Source: Longimicrobiales bacterium
Lineage (GTDB): Bacteria > Gemmatimonadota > Gemmatimonadetes > Longimicrobiales > Gaopeijiaceae
Assembly: GCA_965248195.1 (NCBI GenBank)
Contig: CBDFIQ010000001.1
Span: forward strand, 1,120,001-1,184,000
Direction: 5' to 3'
Length of the DNA: 64,000 nt
Below, in pieces: positions 9,793-18,241 of this stretch; within the stretch, counting starts at the first letter, position 1, and each line of letters begins with the position of its first letter. Under the pieces are notes generated by a model that was not told the DNA's origin, searched no databases, and saw only the letters and a program-made list of their open reading frames with translations. Position numbers and translations under genes: made by a program.

Positions 9793-11283
9793 TCAATCGG
9801 CGAAGCGGTTCACCCTCCAACGCCGCTTCCCGTCCCAATCGACCCATCCCCGGTCCTCCCCGGAACCCTTTCCAATGAGTCGCCGGCGATTGAACTCGGG
9901 GCGAGGGCCGTTGCCCGTCACCCCGAAGAGGAACTTCGCTCCTCGTCCAACTCCGTGCGAGCTCACGCCGATGCCCTGATACCTCAACGGTTCCGCGAAT
10001 CGGTAGCGTCCCAGTTCGGTCCAATCGTGCCCGTCGACGGAGCCCCATGCCCGGGCCCCATGCCCTTCTTGGCTCACGCTGAGCTTGACGAAAACGAGTG
10101 TGTCCGCGTCGAAGAGTCCCTCAGGGCCAAGCGTTTTCTCCCGCGCCATCGTTGGACCCTCGGGCGCGACGCGGTACTGGATGCGGAGCCCGTGGTGCTC
10201 CCCCACGCGGAATACGCCGAAGTAGGGGGAATTCCTCGCGAGAGAAGATCGGGCCAGCACGCCTCCCTTGACCCAATCATCGACCTTGGAGTTCGGACCC
10301 GAGATATGGAACGTGTACTGATTGTTCAAGTGGTCTGAGCAGTCCCGGTAATGATACAGAAAGCTGTCCCGTTTCCCCCAAATATCCTCAGAGCGCGCCC
10401 ACACTCCGCACACCTCGCCCGCCTCCGTGACAGATGGCGTGTAGCCCCGCAGGGCCTGGAAGGGGAAGCCGGTGCTCCGACGAGTCCTCGACCACGGGTC
10501 CACGCGAGTGTTCACATGGTCGGTCGCGATGTGGTGGCAGTCGTGATCGATCGCGGACTGCCATCGTTCCTCGGTGTCGACGTAATAGGCACGAGAGATC
10601 AGGCCCGCCTCATGAACGTTTTTCGCGAAGCGCACATTCTGGCCGTTCATATTGTAGAAGACGATGTGCGGCTCCGCTGGGACCTCGCTGGCATTCGACA
10701 TGGAGGTGGACAGGAAAGCCACCCGTCCGTTTGCTGAACCGGAGTTCGCGTAGGTACCCAGCTCGTCCTCTCCCCCAGTGAGCACGAAGAGGAATTTCCC
10801 CCTCAGCTCCTCGAGGGTCGGCCATCCTTGGGCCGCCACCGCCTCCTGGAGTGACCCAGCTCCCGGATCCCGAGCCAGCAAGTCCTGCGGTCGGTAGATG
10901 TGGTCTTCGCCGAGGGCGTCAATGAGAAGGCCGTCGAATACGGCGGCTGATTGCGACGCCGACGCCGTCGTATGAAAGCGGTCTTTGATGTCGAGGAAGA
11001 CCGTCATCACTTCGTGCTGTGGCATCGCCCGTCGGATCCCGCTGCAGATTTGAAGGAATCCGGTAAACCGGTCCACCGAAGTGTCGGGGTCGATGACCGC
11101 CACGTGATAGATGTACCAGTCCTTCTTCAGGGGATCTCGGAAGGGTTTACCACGGTGCAGGTCGATCTCGAGCGAGCGGATTCTCCAGTACACGACTTGG
11201 TCGTAGATGCCCTCGAACCGCTGAAACGCGTTGTGACTCGACGTCTGGCGAACCTCGTTGTAGCGCAGATCCTCGTATGACAT
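9793..11283 (-). CDS. Phosphoinositide phospholipase C-like (PLC-like phosphodiesterase) protein with C-terminal beta-sandwich domain
   Basis: LRYNEV...SHNAF, RSLEIDLH, DIKD, WPTLEELRGKFLF, IATD; C-terminal DIWG..DSF..W.KGG..R domain. Confidence 0.75.
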   Translation of the reverse strand: MSYEDLRYNEVRQTSSHNAFQRFEGIYDQVVYWRIRSLEIDLHRGKPFRDPLKKDWYIYHVAVIDPDTSVDRFTGFLQICSGIRRAMPQHEVMTVFLDIKDRFHTTASASQSAAVFDGLLIDALGEDHIYRPQDLLARDPGAGSLQEAVAAQGWPTLEELRGKFLFVLTGGEDELGTYANSGSANGRVAFLSTSMSNASEVPAEPHIVFYNMNGQNVRFAKNVHEAGLISRAYYVDTEERWQSAIDHDCHHIATDHVNTRVDPWSRTRRSTGFPFQALRGYTPSVTEAGEVCGVWARSEDIWGKRDSFLYHYRDCSDHLNNQYTFHISGPNSKVDDWVKGGVLARSSLARNSPYFGVFRVGEHHGLRIQYRVAPEGPTMAREKTLGPEGLFDADTLVFVKLSVSQEGHGARAWGSVDGHDWTELGRYRFAEPLRYQGIGVSSHGVGRGAKFLFGVTGNGPRPEFNRRRLIGKGSGEDRGWVDWDGKRRWRVNRFAD

Positions 11284-11527
11284 GGTATAGCCCTTCTCTC
11301 AGCGGGCGGTGGCTTATAGTCGAGCTCCGGATAGGCCGGGCTCCGGAGGTGTGTGGGGTCGATCCCCGGAGCCCAGTGTTGGCCTGCGCACCGTCTTTGT
11401 ACAGCCCTGGCCGCGCGAATCTCGCCGTTGGATCGGACGCTCTACGTCGGTGGCGTGGTTTTGGGAGTGCGGGTAGCTTGCCTACCGTCTTCTAACAGGG
11501 AGCCGAGCCAGCGGGGTTGGAGCAAGC

Positions 11528-12163
11528 ATGACAAGCACTTTGGCGAGACCGGGAGAGGAGCTCGCGAACAGTCTCAGCCACGGTGTGGGCTTCATATGCG
11601 CCGTGGCGGCGACGCCGATTCTCATCATCGGCGCCGTGAACCATGGGAGCGCCGCCGACGTGGTCGGCAGTAGCGTCTTCGGGGCGACGATGATGCTGCT
11701 CTATCTTGCCTCCACCTGGTATCACGCTGTGCCGACAGGCCGACTCAAGGAACGGCTCCATAGGCTCGATCATGCCGCGATCTACCTACTCATCGCCGGG
11801 ACGTACACGCCTTTCACTCTTGGTGTCCTGGGCGGAGCATGGGGGTGGACTCTGTTCGGTATCGTGTGGAGTGCCGCCGCGGTCGGAGTGTGCGACAAGC
11901 TGATCGCCGGTATTCGCCATCCTCATCTGTCCACGGCCCTGTACCTGATCATGGGTTGGGCAGTCCTGATCGTGATTCGACCGTTGGTGCTCAACATGCA
12001 GCCCCATGGATTACGATGGCTCGTTGCAGGCGGCGTAGCGTACACCGCGGGTGTGGCGTTCTATTCCGCCCGCCGGCTCCCCTACAACCACTTCGTATGG
12101 CATCTGTTCGTGCTGGCTGGCTCGACCTGCCACTTCTTTTCGGTCCTTTGGTACGCGGCATGA
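11528..12163 (+). CDS. Hemolysin III family (PAQR) membrane protein
   Basis: EELANSLSHG, STWYH, DHAAIYLLIAGTYTP, HFVWHLFVLAGS..H. Confidence 0.93.
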   Translation: MTSTLARPGEELANSLSHGVGFICAVAATPILIIGAVNHGSAADVVGSSVFGATMMLLYLASTWYHAVPTGRLKERLHRLDHAAIYLLIAGTYTPFTLGVLGGAWGWTLFGIVWSAAAVGVCDKLIAGIRHPHLSTALYLIMGWAVLIVIRPLVLNMQPHGLRWLVAGGVAYTAGVAFYSARRLPYNHFVWHLFVLAGSTCHFFSVLWYAA

Positions 12164-12249
12164 TTCCGAAATCCGTTGGAAGGCTGACTTGGCCGGAAGG
12201 CTGTTGAAGGAGTTCAGACAACAGCCTTCACAAGCCGGAGCGAGTGTTT

Positions 12250-13812
12250 ATGAACCGACCAGAAACGAAGGTCTACCGCCAAGAACTACTCCCGACGCAC
12301 TTCCTGGAACGCGCCGGCCAGGCGTACGGGGATCGCATCGCAGTGGTGGACGGGGAGGTCGAATACTCCTGGCGCGATTTTCGCACACGTGCCAGGCGCT
12401 TCGCGTCCGCACTTCAAGCTCGGGGACTCGAGAGGGGCGATCGGGTCGCGTTTCTCGCGTTGAACTCCGAGCCGTTGCTCCTCGGCCACTACGGTGTGCC
12501 GCTCGCCGGAGGCACGCTCGTGTCCATCAACACGCGCCTGTCGCCTGACGAAATCGGGTACATCATCGAGCAATCGGGATCGACCCAAGTGTTTTTTTCT
12601 CCCGAGCTCCGTGACCAACTCCCGGACACGCTGTCCGGCGTCACGCTGTTCGACACCCGAGAGGGGCTCGAGGATCTGCTGACTCAGGGGGTGGACGAGG
12701 TGGTGCCCACGAACGGGTTCCACGAGGACGAGACCATCACGATCAACTACACGTCCGGGACCACGGGCCGACCCAAGGGCGTCATGTATCATCATCGCGG
12801 CGCGTACTTGAACGCGCTGGCGATGGTCCTCGATCAGGGGCTCAACGCGGACAGTGTGTATCTCTGGACGCTGCCGATGTTCCACTGCAATGGGTGGACG
12901 TTTGCCTGGGGGGTTGCTGCCGTTGGCGCGAAGAGCGTCTGCATTCCGCGGATCGATCCTGCGGACGTGTGGCGAAGGTTCGAGGAGGGTGTCACCCACT
13001 TCTGCGCCGCACCCACGGTGCTCACCATGCTGGTCAACGATCCCGCCGCCCACCGACTCGAGCGACCGGTGCGGCTCTTCACGGCAGGCGCGCCACCGTC
13101 GCCCACGCTCATCGCACAGATGGCCGCCCTCAATTTCGAGCTCGAGCATACGTATGGCCTGACGGAGACCTTTGGTCCGTGTACGATCAACGTCGCGCCA
13201 GCGAATTCGGCGAGTCTGGCGCCGGAGGAACGATCGCGTCACAAGGCACGACAGGGGTTCGGGAATGTCTGCACCGGAGAAGTGGGTGTCGTGGATGCCG
13301 ACATGCAGCCTGTTCCGGCCGATGGCGAGACCATGGGTGAAGTCGTCATGCGCGGCAATATCGTCATGAAGGGCTACCACGACGACGCGGAAGCGACGAA
13401 GCAGGCGTTCGCCGGCGGGTGGTTCCACAGCGGCGACATCGCCGTGCGCCATCCCGACGGCTCGATCGAGCTCCGCGACCGGAAGAAGGACATCATCATC
13501 TCGGGTGGTGAGAACATCAGCACGGTCGAAGTAGAGCAGGCCGTGGTCACACATCCCGCCGTGATGGAGTGTGCCGTCATTCCCATCCCGCACGAAAAAT
13601 GGGGCGAAGTGCCCAAGGCCTTCGTCACTCTGAAGCCGAAGCAGGAGGCCTCACAGGACGAGATCATAGAGCACTGTCGCGGCAAGCTCGCGGGGTTCAA
13701 GGTGCCCAAGGCGGTCGAGTTCGGCGAGCTGCCCAAGACGTCGACTGGGAAGATTCAGAAGTTCCTGCTGCGCAATCGCGAGTGGGAGGGTCACGGGGGG
13801 CGGATCAATTGA
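12250..13812 (+). CDS. AMP-binding acyl-CoA synthetase/ligase
   Basis: YTSGTTGRPKG, TLPMFHCNGW, YGLTET, GWFHSGD, KDIIISGGENIS, PKTSTGKIQK. Confidence 0.93.
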   Translation: MNRPETKVYRQELLPTHFLERAGQAYGDRIAVVDGEVEYSWRDFRTRARRFASALQARGLERGDRVAFLALNSEPLLLGHYGVPLAGGTLVSINTRLSPDEIGYIIEQSGSTQVFFSPELRDQLPDTLSGVTLFDTREGLEDLLTQGVDEVVPTNGFHEDETITINYTSGTTGRPKGVMYHHRGAYLNALAMVLDQGLNADSVYLWTLPMFHCNGWTFAWGVAAVGAKSVCIPRIDPADVWRRFEEGVTHFCAAPTVLTMLVNDPAAHRLERPVRLFTAGAPPSPTLIAQMAALNFELEHTYGLTETFGPCTINVAPANSASLAPEERSRHKARQGFGNVCTGEVGVVDADMQPVPADGETMGEVVMRGNIVMKGYHDDAEATKQAFAGGWFHSGDIAVRHPDGSIELRDRKKDIIISGGENISTVEVEQAVVTHPAVMECAVIPIPHEKWGEVPKAFVTLKPKQEASQDEIIEHCRGKLAGFKVPKAVEFGELPKTSTGKIQKFLLRNREWEGHGGRIN

Positions 13813-13910
13813 AGGCGTCGCTGGCGCCCGCTCGCACCGGACCCCACGTTGAGTCCCCGCGCAACTCACGCGAGGACCATTGGCGAGTCACCCGCGACAA
13901 GGAGGTTGTC

Positions 13911-14345
13911 ATGACGACGACGCAGCCGATGACGGAAGCCGAGGGGATGCGGAACACCACCAGGCGGGTCTTCGAGGAGATAGTAAACGGGCGAAACCTC
14001 GACCTACTCCCACAGTTGTTCACCGAGGACTTCACATGGCACCTCGGGGCTCTTGACCTCACGGGACTCGACCAAGTCCGTGAGATGATTCAGGGATACC
14101 TCACGGCGTTCCCCGACCTGCGCATGACGGTCGAGCAGCAGATCGTAGAGGGCAACCTTATCGTCAACCGATGGAGGATGACCGGGACACACGACGGTCC
14201 GCTCGAGGCCATCGAGCCGACCGGCAAGAGCATCAACATGACCGGCACACTCATCTCGCGGTTCGAGGGCACGAAGATCGCCGAGGAGTGGGAGAACTTC
14301 GACGAGCTGGGGATGCTCCAGCAGATCGGGGCGATCCCAGAGTAG
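13911..14345 (+). CDS. SnoaL-like ester cyclase family protein
   Basis: AAGGAGG RBS then ATG 13911; AFPDL, GTHDG..I.PTGK, KIAEEW..FD.LGM.QQIG. Confidence 0.88.
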   Translation: MTTTQPMTEAEGMRNTTRRVFEEIVNGRNLDLLPQLFTEDFTWHLGALDLTGLDQVREMIQGYLTAFPDLRMTVEQQIVEGNLIVNRWRMTGTHDGPLEAIEPTGKSINMTGTLISRFEGTKIAEEWENFDELGMLQQIGAIPE

Positions 14346-14665
14346 GGCGAGAGCCGGCGCGGCCTCTATCCTTTCGGAGGCCCCCGCCTCCGCAGAAAAA
14401 CCGCCGGGAGGGGAAACGCCCCCGGGCGGCTCACGGCCCCGGGGCGCCGTGCGTCCCGCGCCCTTGGGAGCCAGGCACCAAGGCGTATCCGAGTCGCCTT
14501 TTGGACTCCTTCGGACTCCTTCCGGAGCCCGTTCTGAATAGCCCGAATTAACGTTTCTCCCCCGAACGCCATCTCACCCGTGCAGGGGAAGTGACGGAGC
14601 GCCCCGGCAAGGCGTTTTGCCGCGGTTCGGAACAGGTCCGCCGATCATCGAAGAGGCATGAGGAA

Positions 14666-14787
14666 GACGAGCGAGGATGACGGGGATGACGAGCGAGGAT
14701 GACGGGGACGACGAGCGAGGATGACGGGGACGACGAGAGAGGATGACGGGGACGACGAGAGAGGATGACGGGGACGACGAGGAGAGG
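14666..14787 (+). repeat. 22-bp tandem repeat, 5 full copies plus a partial copy, immediately upstream of the TonB-dependent receptor start
   Basis: Unit gacgag(c/a)gaggatgacgggga(c/t) at 14666, 14688, 14710, 14732, 14754; partial gacgaggagagg at 14776. Confidence 0.95.
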
Positions 14788-14790
14788 CCG

Positions 14791-17184
14791 ATGCGTGTTT
14801 GGGCACTAAAGACCATTCTGCTGCTGACCACCCTGGCTTTTCTGTCGCCCCTGGGCGTGCGCGGCCAGAGCACCGACCTGACGGGGACCGTGGTCGACTC
14901 CCTCACCAACGAGGTCCTTCCCAGCGTATTGGTTTCCCTAGGCGAGTCGTCCTTCGGTGTGCTCACCGATGCGTTCGGACGGTTCGCCTTGGTGGGCCTC
15001 CCTGCCGGACCTATCCAGCTCACCATCGAGCATCTCAGCTACCGCACGCTGGTGCTGGAGCTTTCCGAGGTACCGGCGGACCCGCTGAGGGTGATGCTGG
15101 CGCCGGACGCCATCGAGCTCGCTGGAATACGCGTTCGTGCCCAGACACAGGTCATGGACGCTGCGCGCGGGATCAGCCAGGTCTCGATCGCCCCGGAGGA
15201 GATCCAGGTTCTGCCGTCCTTGGGCGAGCCGGACATCTTCCGCTCGCTCCAACTCCTGCCGGGCGTGAGCGGCACCAACGACGCCACCTCGGGACTCTTC
15301 GTGCGGGGCGGCACGCCCGAGGAGAATCTGGTGCTCCTGGACGGCATGACCGTTTACCATGTGGACCACTTCTTCGGGATCTTCAGCGCCTTCAACGCCG
15401 ATGCCATCAAGGACGTGCAGCTCTACAAGTCCGCGTATCCGGCCCGCTTCGGTGGGCGCACGTCCAGCGTGGTGAACATGATCGGGAGGGCGGGGGATCC
15501 ACAGGCCTTCCGCATGAGCGCTGGCGCGAATCTGCTGAGTGGCCGTACTGCCGTGGAGATCCCGCTCGGGGACGCCGCCGCGCTCATGGTCTCGGCCCGG
15601 AGGTCGTATACGGACGTCATCCAGAGCGGCCTCTTCAACAACCTCTTCAATACGCTGACCGACGCGGACGAGGCAGCGGAAACACAGCAGCCCGCAGGCT
15701 TCGGTGGCCGTCGCAGGCGATTCGAGGTCCAGGAGGCTACTCCCTCGTTCTACTTCTACGACGTGAACGCCAAGCTGACATGGACGCCGTCGCCCCGCGA
15801 CGTAGTCGCGGCGAGCCTCTACGGCGGGGCGGACAATCTGGACCAGTCCACCGCGGGCCAGGCCATCCAGTTCGGTGGCAACACCTTCAACACACCGAAC
15901 CGCCAGGAGATCACCGACTGGGGGAACCGCGGTGTCAGCGCCCGCTGGTTCCGGCAGTGGGGAGGACGCTTCAGCTCGGACGCACAGATCGCCGCGAGCG
16001 AATACTTCAGCGACGGCGCCCGGGAGATCACGTCCGATCAGTTCGCCAACGGGTTCCTGGAAGAGAACCGGGTCCAGGATATGAGCCTCCGTTTGGACAA
16101 CTCCTGGAGAGTTGCGCGGTCCTCCACCGTCGAGTTTGGGGCTCTGCTGACTCAGAGCGACGTCCGCTACGGCTTCGAGCAGCTTCTGGGGGACTCGGTC
16201 CGGGGGAGCCTGGCCCTGGCCGGCGATGCACTCCAGACCAGCGGCTACGTCCAGCACGTCTGGACCGGTCCCGCGGGGCTCAAGCTCACTACGGGAGCCC
16301 GGGGCACCCACTCCGACGCTACGGGGAGGGGCTACTTCGAACCCCGTGCCTCCCTCGAACTCCCCCTCGGCGCGAATCTTAAGGCCAAGGGTGCCTGGGG
16401 GCGTTACAACCAGTTCATCAAGCGAGTGGAGAACGAGGATATTCTCGAGGGGAGCCGTGACTTCTGGGTGCTCGCTGACTCTGTGCTGGCCCCCACCACC
16501 GCCGAGCATCGTGTTTTGGGTGTCAGCTACGAGACCCGGGGTTTCCTCTTCGACCTCGAGGGTTACCACAAGGGTCTCGACGGTTTAACGCAGTTCTCCA
16601 CACGCTCCCGTCGAGGCCCGGGGCAGGCCTTCGGCGACCTCTTTTTCTCGGGGACGGGTGTCGCGAAAGGTGTGGAGCTACTCGTTCAGAGGAAGGTGGG
16701 TCCGCTCACCGGCTGGGTGAGTTATTCGCTGAGCCAGGTGGAATACGATCTGGACGACTTCAACCGCGGGGAGCCCTTCGCGGCGAGCCACGACCAAACG
16801 CACGAATTCAAGACGGTGGGTGTCTACCAAATGGGACCCTGGACGTTCTCCGGTACCTGGGTCTACGGGTCGGGTCGGCCGTTTACAGCGCCCGAGAGCG
16901 AGTATGCCGTGGAGCTACTCGACGGAACCTCTTTCAGCTACATCCACGTGGGGGGCAAGAATGCCGAGCGCCTTCCCGCCTACCATCGGATGGATGTGGG
17001 CGCTACCCGCCGATTCGAGTCCGCCCGCTTCTTCTACGAACTGAACATCTCCGCGTTCAACGCTTACGGGCGCAACAATGTGTGGTATCGGAAGTTCGAC
17101 CTGACCGACAGCGCGGTCGTGGTGACGGACGTGACCACCCTCCCGTTCACGCCCAGTATCGGTTTCCGGATGGGGATCAAGTAG
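14791..17184 (+). CDS. TonB-dependent receptor with N-terminal carboxypeptidase-regulatory-like domain
   Basis: Signal peptide; GTVVD..T.E.L; plug PSLGEPD..R.LQLLPGV..VRGG...NL.LLDG..VY..HFFG.FS.FN; RLPAYHR.D; N.Y.R.N. Confidence 0.9.
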   Translation: MRVWALKTILLLTTLAFLSPLGVRGQSTDLTGTVVDSLTNEVLPSVLVSLGESSFGVLTDAFGRFALVGLPAGPIQLTIEHLSYRTLVLELSEVPADPLRVMLAPDAIELAGIRVRAQTQVMDAARGISQVSIAPEEIQVLPSLGEPDIFRSLQLLPGVSGTNDATSGLFVRGGTPEENLVLLDGMTVYHVDHFFGIFSAFNADAIKDVQLYKSAYPARFGGRTSSVVNMIGRAGDPQAFRMSAGANLLSGRTAVEIPLGDAAALMVSARRSYTDVIQSGLFNNLFNTLTDADEAAETQQPAGFGGRRRRFEVQEATPSFYFYDVNAKLTWTPSPRDVVAASLYGGADNLDQSTAGQAIQFGGNTFNTPNRQEITDWGNRGVSARWFRQWGGRFSSDAQIAASEYFSDGAREITSDQFANGFLEENRVQDMSLRLDNSWRVARSSTVEFGALLTQSDVRYGFEQLLGDSVRGSLALAGDALQTSGYVQHVWTGPAGLKLTTGARGTHSDATGRGYFEPRASLELPLGANLKAKGAWGRYNQFIKRVENEDILEGSRDFWVLADSVLAPTTAEHRVLGVSYETRGFLFDLEGYHKGLDGLTQFSTRSRRGPGQAFGDLFFSGTGVAKGVELLVQRKVGPLTGWVSYSLSQVEYDLDDFNRGEPFAASHDQTHEFKTVGVYQMGPWTFSGTWVYGSGRPFTAPESEYAVELLDGTSFSYIHVGGKNAERLPAYHRMDVGATRRFESARFFYELNISAFNAYGRNNVWYRKFDLTDSAVVVTDVTTLPFTPSIGFRMGIK

Positions 17185-18048
17185 ATGACACAGAGGAGAC
17201 GATTTGTAGCTTGGGCTTTGGCGATCGTCGGAGGGCTGGCGGCCCAGGCCTGTGCCGACTCCGATCCGGTGGGCCCCGACGGCGATCTTCTCGTGGTTCG
17301 CGCGTTCCTGTTCGCCGGCGAGCCCGTGGCCGATATTCGCATCACGACCACGGTTCCACTGGTGTCCGAGGACACGCTCGGCGTACCCGTGAGCGATGCC
17401 ACGGTCTGGCTGGAGCGTGACGATGTTTGCTTCGACCTGATCGCCACTCCGGGAGTGGCGGGAGCCTATCACTATCCGGGCTCGGATCTGGTGGTCGGGG
17501 TGGGCGAAGTCTTTGAGCTGGGGATCTCCCGTGGTTCCGAGAGCATCTCGGCAACGACCGTCGTGCCGTCTCCACCGGAGGGATTCACCGTGTCGTCCGA
17601 TGTCATGGATGTGGTGGATCTCACCGCTGGGGGATTCGGCGGGCGAGGCGGCGGGCGGGGCGGTGGCCCGGGCGGCGGCCTGGCCTTCGGTGGCCTCATC
17701 GTCCGCTGGACCAACCCTGAGCGGGACCTGTTCTTCGTGGTGGTGGACAACCTCGAGACCGATCCGGTCCAGATCCCGGCTCCGGATTTCATCGGAATCG
17801 CGAGGCGCTTCGTGTCGGCACCTACACCGGCCGACAGCACCACGATCAGCCAGCTCTCCCTCACGCACCTCGGCGAGCATCGGATTCGCCTGTACCACGT
17901 GAATCAGGAATACGCCGACCTCTATGAGGGTCGAGTGCAGGATTCCCGTGACCTCAATGAGCCACCCAGCAATATTCTCGGTGGGTTGGGTGTATTCTCA
18001 GCGTTTTCCTCCCGTGAGGGGACCTTCACGGCACTCTTGACTGGATGA
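17185..18048 (+). CDS. Lipoprotein partner of the TBDR (DUF4249-like)
   Basis: Lipobox-like AQAC; C-terminal PSNI.GGLGVFSA; starts directly after the TBDR stop. Confidence 0.75.
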   Translation: MTQRRRFVAWALAIVGGLAAQACADSDPVGPDGDLLVVRAFLFAGEPVADIRITTTVPLVSEDTLGVPVSDATVWLERDDVCFDLIATPGVAGAYHYPGSDLVVGVGEVFELGISRGSESISATTVVPSPPEGFTVSSDVMDVVDLTAGGFGGRGGGRGGGPGGGLAFGGLIVRWTNPERDLFFVVVDNLETDPVQIPAPDFIGIARRFVSAPTPADSTTISQLSLTHLGEHRIRLYHVNQEYADLYEGRVQDSRDLNEPPSNILGGLGVFSAFSSREGTFTALLTG

Positions 18049-18241
18049 GCCCACCTGGGGGCAACCCGCTCGGAACGTGACCTGCGCCCGGTCGGGCTCG
18101 ACACTTCTCGACATTCATCGGAGTCAGCCTTCGGCAAGCCCCCACCGGTCAGGCCGGAACCCCACGGGACTGGGAAAGGTATGCCCTGCGTCGGTAAGGC
18201 GCCCCTAGACTCCTCCCATCCCGTAGCGGACAGGAATCCAC

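Noticed and set aside
14375..14650. Cobalamin riboswitch upstream of the TBDR
   Set aside because: Only a weak gagccagg resemblance; the GGGAA-GGUG and GCCCCCGCAACUGU core segments are not found.
14666..14787. Possible CRISPR array
   Set aside because: Units are contiguous with no unique spacers, and no cas genes are present.
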